Source: Bacteroidia bacterium (lineage in GTDB: Bacteria; Bacteroidota; Bacteroidia; M30B66). From it: 64,000 nucleotides of DNA. Positions 59,435 to 64,000 of this stretch are shown in pieces. The position numbers and the translations under genes were made by a program. The stretch is taken from assembly GCA_965279035.1 (NCBI GenBank), contig OZ257142.1, positions 320,001-384,000 of the forward strand, given 5' to 3'. The notes under the pieces are model-generated. The model searched no databases. It saw only the letters and a program-made list of their open reading frames with translations, and was not told the origin of the DNA. How positions within the stretch are numbered: position 1 is the stretch's first letter; each line of letters begins with the position of its first letter.

Positions 59435-62400
59435 ATGAATTCAACAGCCTATTCCCTTCTCATTCATAAACTGGATGAGTTTATTAAAAAATACTATTTC
59501 AATTTATTAATTCGAGGAATCATTTATTCGTTCGGGGCTCTACTCCTATTCTTTCTTTTGACCACAATTATTGAATATGTTGGTCATCTTGGAACTATTG
59601 GACGAGCTTTTTTATTTTATGGTTACTTATCTGTCGCGCTATTTTTATTGATTCGCTTTATTTTTATTCCGCTTTTCCATTTAATTAAGATTGGTAAAAT
59701 AATATCCTATGAACAAGCTGCAGAAATTATAGGGCATCATTTTTCAGATATAAACGATAAACTAATCAATACTTTACAACTACACCGAATTTTAGAAATA
59801 GATGAGCATTCCTCTTCACTAGTATCTGCCAGTATTGATCAACGAATTCATGAATTAAAACCAATTCCTTTTACAGCAGCTATTGATTTATCGAAAAACA
59901 AAAAGTATGCTCGGTTTGCTGCTATTCCTCTAAGTATTTTCTTAGGAATTTGGATAATTTATCCATCTTTTTTCACTGAAAGTTCTAATAGAATTGTAAA
60001 TTATTCAACACCATTCGAACCCGTTGCTCCCTTCATATTTTCAATTGAAAACAAATCCTTAGAAACTCCTACTCAACAAGATTTTGTGCTTAAGGTTAAA
60101 ACAAGTGGAGATGAATTACCGGATGAATTATACTTAACTCAAGGCGATTTGAAGCTGCGTTTGGTTAAAGAAGATAAACTGCATTTTTCTTATACATTTA
60201 AAAATGTTCAACATTCATTGCCATTTCGATTATATGCCGATGGTTTTTATTCTAAGGAATACGAATTAAAAGCATTACCAAATCCCACTTTATCAAATTT
60301 TAAAATCAATTTAGATTATCCTACTTACACAGGTAAAAAAGATGAATTTGTTAATAATACGGGTGATTTAATACTACCAGCTGGAACAAATGTAACTTGG
60401 GAATTTAGGACACAAGAAACGGATCAGCTAATGTTACAATTTAGCGATACAGCTTATCAAGTAAAACAAGCAGAAAAGGGACTATTTACTCATTCTGTTC
60501 GATTTATGAAGGATAATCGTTATCGCATTAAAACGTCAAATTCATTTATAAAGGGAAAAGATCAAGTTGAATATTCTGTAAATGTTAAGCAGGATGAATT
60601 TCCCTCTATTCAGTCAGAAGAAAAGCAAGATTCATTAACATCTTCACGTGTTTATTTTAAAGGTGATGTTGAAGATGATTATGGTTTTTCGAAACTTCAA
60701 TTTCATTATCATCAGTATAATGGAGATAAGAATATTGATTCTAAAAGCATTGATGTTCCTTTTAATAGAAACTTTATTAAAACGCTTTTCTTTTGGACTT
60801 GGGATTTTTCTTCATTAACGGTAAATCCTGGTGACGAAATAGAGTATTGGTTTGAAGTATGGGATAATGATGCAGTGAATGGTTCAAAGTCTTCAAAAAC
60901 ACAGAAAAAGATCTTTAAGATTCCTACGAATGAAGAAATTGAACAATTAAGAAATGAAAATAATGAGTCTATTAAATCGAATATAAAAGAGACGATTCAG
61001 GATGCTAAAAAATTAAAAAGAGATCTTGATGAATTGAATAAGAGGTTATTAGAAAAAAAGGAAATTACTTGGCAAGACAAGAAAAAGGTCCAAGATCTAA
61101 TGAATCAAAAACAGAATATTGAAAAACAAATAGAGAATCTTAAAAAAGAAAATAAGGAAAATAACAGTCAGAACGAAGAGTTTAAAAAATCTGATGAGCG
61201 AATTCTAGAGAAACAGAAGGAGCTCGAGAAGATGTTTGATCAAATCTTAAGTGATGAGATGAAGGAAAAGCTGAAAGAGCTTGAAAAAATGATGGAAAAC
61301 CTTGATAAGAATAAACTCAAGGATATGATTGATCAAATGAAACTCGAAAACAAAGATGTTGAGAAAGAACTTGATAGAGCATTGGAATTATTTAAACAAC
61401 TTGAGTTCGATGAAAAATTGAATGCTGCAATTGAAAAGCTTGATCAATTAAAGGAGAAAGAGGAAAAATTAGCAAATAAAACGGAAGAGAAAAAAGGAAG
61501 CTCTGAGGAATTAAAGAAGGAGCAGGATCAATTGAACAAAGAATTTGAGTCTTTGAAAAAGGACATGGATGATTTGCAGCAAAAAAATGAGCAGCTTGAG
61601 AATCCAACTCAAATGGAAAATACGGATCAGATTGAACAAGACATAAATCAAGAAATGCAGAACAGTTCTGAATCTTTAGAACAAAATAAATCAGGCAAAG
61701 CATCTAAGTCACAAAAAAACGCATCACAAAAGATGCAAGAGATGAGTGATAAAATGAAAAAAATGCAGCAATCTTCAGAAGAAGAAAGTTTAGAAGAGGA
61801 CTTATCTAAGCTTAGAGAAATATTAGAAAATCTATTGCAGCTTTCATTTAATCAGGAACAATTAATTAAGACCTTACAAAAAACACCACCCAATAACCCA
61901 TTGTATATAAACATTACTGCTGATCAAAAGAAATTAAGAGATGATTCTAGAATGATTGAAGATTCACTATTTGCATTAAGTAAACGAGTTGCTCAAATCC
62001 AGTCATTTATAAATAGGGAAATAAGTTCTATCAATTTGAATTTAGATAAGACTATTGAATATTTAGCCGAAAGACAAAGTGGAAGTGCGACTTCTCGGCA
62101 GCAATATGTAATGACATCTATAAATAATCTTGCTTTAATGTTAAGTGAAGTAACTCAACAAATGCAAGAACAAATGGCTCAGCAAATGCAGCAAAAACCC
62201 GGTGAAGGAAGCTGTAAAAAGCCGGGAAAGAATAAAAAGCCTGGAAATGGAAAACCCTCTATGGCCACACTTAGAAAATTGCAAGAGCAATTGAATGATC
62301 AAATGAAGCAAATGAAAGAAGGCATGGGAAAACCTGGAGAAAAGCCTGGCCAAGGAAAAGAAGGAAAAAACGGAAGCGAACAACTTGCAAAAATGGCGGC

Positions 62401-62797
62401 TCAACAAGAGATGCTTCGAAATGAGCTTCAAAAGATGATGAATGATATGATGAAAGATGGAAATTCGGGAAATACAGGCGATTTAAAAAATCTTGCAAAT
62501 AAAATGGAGCAAACAGAGTCGGACATTGTCAATAAAAATATTACATTAGAGACCATGCGAAGACAACAAGAAATCATGACTCGATTATTAGAAGCAGAAA
62601 AGGCGGAAAGAGAGAGAGAGCTTGACAATAAAAGAGAATCGAATGAAAATAAAAACGAACAAAAACGTAACATTTCTGTCTTCAATCAGTATACCCGACA
62701 AATGCAGCAGGAAGCGGAACTTCTTAAGACGCTCTCTCCTTCATTAAAACCCTTTTACCGAAACATGGTGAAAGACTATTTTAACACAATTAATTAG
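59435..62797 (+). CDS. DUF4175-like membrane-anchored long coiled-coil protein
   Basis: N-terminal TM helices, DDYGF, long Q/E/K coiled coil, RQQEIMTRLLEAEKAERER and C-terminal Y...V..YF. Confidence 0.75.
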   Translation: MNSTAYSLLIHKLDEFIKKYYFNLLIRGIIYSFGALLLFFLLTTIIEYVGHLGTIGRAFLFYGYLSVALFLLIRFIFIPLFHLIKIGKIISYEQAAEIIGHHFSDINDKLINTLQLHRILEIDEHSSSLVSASIDQRIHELKPIPFTAAIDLSKNKKYARFAAIPLSIFLGIWIIYPSFFTESSNRIVNYSTPFEPVAPFIFSIENKSLETPTQQDFVLKVKTSGDELPDELYLTQGDLKLRLVKEDKLHFSYTFKNVQHSLPFRLYADGFYSKEYELKALPNPTLSNFKINLDYPTYTGKKDEFVNNTGDLILPAGTNVTWEFRTQETDQLMLQFSDTAYQVKQAEKGLFTHSVRFMKDNRYRIKTSNSFIKGKDQVEYSVNVKQDEFPSIQSEEKQDSLTSSRVYFKGDVEDDYGFSKLQFHYHQYNGDKNIDSKSIDVPFNRNFIKTLFFWTWDFSSLTVNPGDEIEYWFEVWDNDAVNGSKSSKTQKKIFKIPTNEEIEQLRNENNESIKSNIKETIQDAKKLKRDLDELNKRLLEKKEITWQDKKKVQDLMNQKQNIEKQIENLKKENKENNSQNEEFKKSDERILEKQKELEKMFDQILSDEMKEKLKELEKMMENLDKNKLKDMIDQMKLENKDVEKELDRALELFKQLEFDEKLNAAIEKLDQLKEKEEKLANKTEEKKGSSEELKKEQDQLNKEFESLKKDMDDLQQKNEQLENPTQMENTDQIEQDINQEMQNSSESLEQNKSGKASKSQKNASQKMQEMSDKMKKMQQSSEEESLEEDLSKLREILENLLQLSFNQEQLIKTLQKTPPNNPLYINITADQKKLRDDSRMIEDSLFALSKRVAQIQSFINREISSINLNLDKTIEYLAERQSGSATSRQQYVMTSINNLALMLSEVTQQMQEQMAQQMQQKPGEGSCKKPGKNKKPGNGKPSMATLRKLQEQLNDQMKQMKEGMGKPGEKPGQGKEGKNGSEQLAKMAAQQEMLRNELQKMMNDMMKDGNSGNTGDLKNLANKMEQTESDIVNKNITLETMRRQQEIMTRLLEAEKAERERELDNKRESNENKNEQKRNISVFNQYTRQMQQEAELLKTLSPSLKPFYRNMVKDYFNTIN

Positions 62798-62804
62798 CCT
62801 GAGC

Positions 62805-63221
62805 ATGACTATAACTGAGACTCGATCTGTAATTTTACCTTCATTGAAAGAGAACGTAACTCTTGTAGAGAAATTCATTGATGAAATTTGCCAATTCTAT
62901 AGCATTGGCGATGAAAATTATGGCAACATTCTCGTTGCTGTAACTGAAGCTGTAAGCAATGCAATATTTCATGGAAACCGGTTGAATCCAGATAAGTCTG
63001 TCCGTTTTTTTTATGAAACGAAAGAGAATAATTTGTGTTTTACTATTGAAGACGAAGGAAATGGGTATAATCCAGACACCCTTCCCGACCCTACTGACCC
63101 TGTAAATTTGGAGGTTCCTAATGGAAGAGGAGTTTTTTTAATGAAGAAACTAACGGATGATATTAAGTTTCTGAATGATGGAAGACGTGTAGAATTGTAT
63201 TTTCGCATCGCGAATCAATAA
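62805..63221 (+). CDS. RsbW-like anti-sigma factor / HATPase_c protein
   Basis: EAVSNAIFHGN, DEG.G and GRG.FLM motifs. Confidence 0.88.
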   Translation: MTITETRSVILPSLKENVTLVEKFIDEICQFYSIGDENYGNILVAVTEAVSNAIFHGNRLNPDKSVRFFYETKENNLCFTIEDEGNGYNPDTLPDPTDPVNLEVPNGRGVFLMKKLTDDIKFLNDGRRVELYFRIANQ

Positions 63222-63230
63222 CTTAGGAAG

Positions 63231-63647
63231 CTGATACAATTTATCAATGAGGATTCTGACTTTCATTTAAAGGAAAAGAATCAAGTAAAGAAATGGATTT
63301 CAAAGGTGATCCGGGAGTATAATAAACTTCCAGGTCACCTTTCTTTTGTTTTCTGTTCAGACGAGTATCTTTTGAAAATAAATCAAGACTTTCTCCAACA
63401 TGATTATTACACAGATATAATCACATTCGATTATTCTGAGGGAAATAAAATATCAGGAGATTTAATGATTAGCATCGACCGTATTCAGGACAATGCCAAA
63501 CAACTCAATTTAAAGTTTGATGACGAGCTTTCTCGAGTTATGATACATGGTGTATTACATTTGCTTGGATTTGGTGACAAAACAGCTAAGGAAGAGAAGG
63601 AAATGCGCCGACTAGAGTACGCCGCATTATCACAACGTCTTGATTAA
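63231..63647 (+). CDS. ybeY: rRNA maturation RNase YbeY
   Basis: TDIITF and HGVLHLLGFGD motifs. The frame is open upstream of GTG 63306 to CTG 63231 (LIQFINEDSDF...WI.KVI). Confidence 0.93.
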   Translation: MIQFINEDSDFHLKEKNQVKKWISKVIREYNKLPGHLSFVFCSDEYLLKINQDFLQHDYYTDIITFDYSEGNKISGDLMISIDRIQDNAKQLNLKFDDELSRVMIHGVLHLLGFGDKTAKEEKEMRRLEYAALSQRLD

Positions 63648-63674
63648 TAATTATTTGCGCTTTTTTTGTTTAAT

Positions 63675-63690
63675 TGTTTCACGTGGAACA
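63675..63690. promoter_or_regulatory. parS centromere-like site
   Basis: TGTTTCACGTGGAACA, one mismatch from the palindrome TGTTTCACGTGAAACA. Confidence 0.88.
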
Positions 63691-63704
63691 TATAATTTAA
63701 TACA

Positions 63705-64000
63705 ATGTTCAGTAAGTACGATGTAATTGTGGTTGGGGCTGGACATGCAGGATGTGAAGCTGCTGCTTCTGCAGCCAATTTAGGCAGCAAGGTTTTGTTG
63801 ATCACCATGAACATGGCTACTATTGGCCAAATGTCTTGTAATCCAGCTATGGGCGGAATTGCAAAAGGACAAATTGTTCGTGAAATTGATGCGCTCGGTG
63901 GCTATAGTGGCATTGTCTCAGATCGTTCAGCCATTCAATTTAAAATGCTCAATCTTTCAAAGGGCCCTGCTATGTGGAGCCCGCGCACCCAGAATGACCG
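63705..64000 (+). CDS. mnmG: tRNA modification enzyme MnmG (GidA), 5' partial
   Basis: [20 protein letters not shown]...[24 protein letters not shown]...[10 protein letters not shown]. Confidence 0.97.
   Translation, partial: MFSKYDVIVVGAGHAGCEAAASAANLGSKVLLITMNMATIGQMSCNPAMGGIAKGQIVREIDALGGYSGIVSDRSAIQFKMLNLSKGPAMWSPRTQND

Noticed and set aside
60900-62700. Purine-rich low-complexity tract
   Set aside because: Explained by the E/K/Q coiled coil of the DUF4175-like protein.

Overview
Origin-proximal core-chromosome segment of a gliding Bacteroidota bacterium. Support: gldB/C, porP-gldKLMN, T9SS cargo proteins, TAnnTTTG promoters, a parS site next to mnmG and a candidate oriC between nadA and rpiB. 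It holds about 50 mostly housekeeping CDS and one tRNA-Ser(GGA). There is no CRISPR array, rRNA or intact IS. Main observations: (1) a tRNA-Ser locus preceded by four 75-bp tandem copies of its own 5' half, each carrying an 18-bp palindrome in the D-loop, followed by a hairpin cascade and a frameshifted GIY-YIG nuclease gene missed by the ORF track, which is a candidate nuclease/tRNA-repeat system; (2) a sigma54-type promoter with TGACA-N4-TGTCA boxes upstream of groES, with the same boxes over the promoter of the operon encoding a sensor-less sigma54 activator, which is a candidate autoregulated chaperone regulon; (3) an intergenic patchwork of several repeat types at 8.3-8.7 kb; (4) an in-frame TGA inside a Rossmann motif; (5) an animal-like glutamate dehydrogenase. 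All calls come from reading the sequence by eye; no database searches were run.
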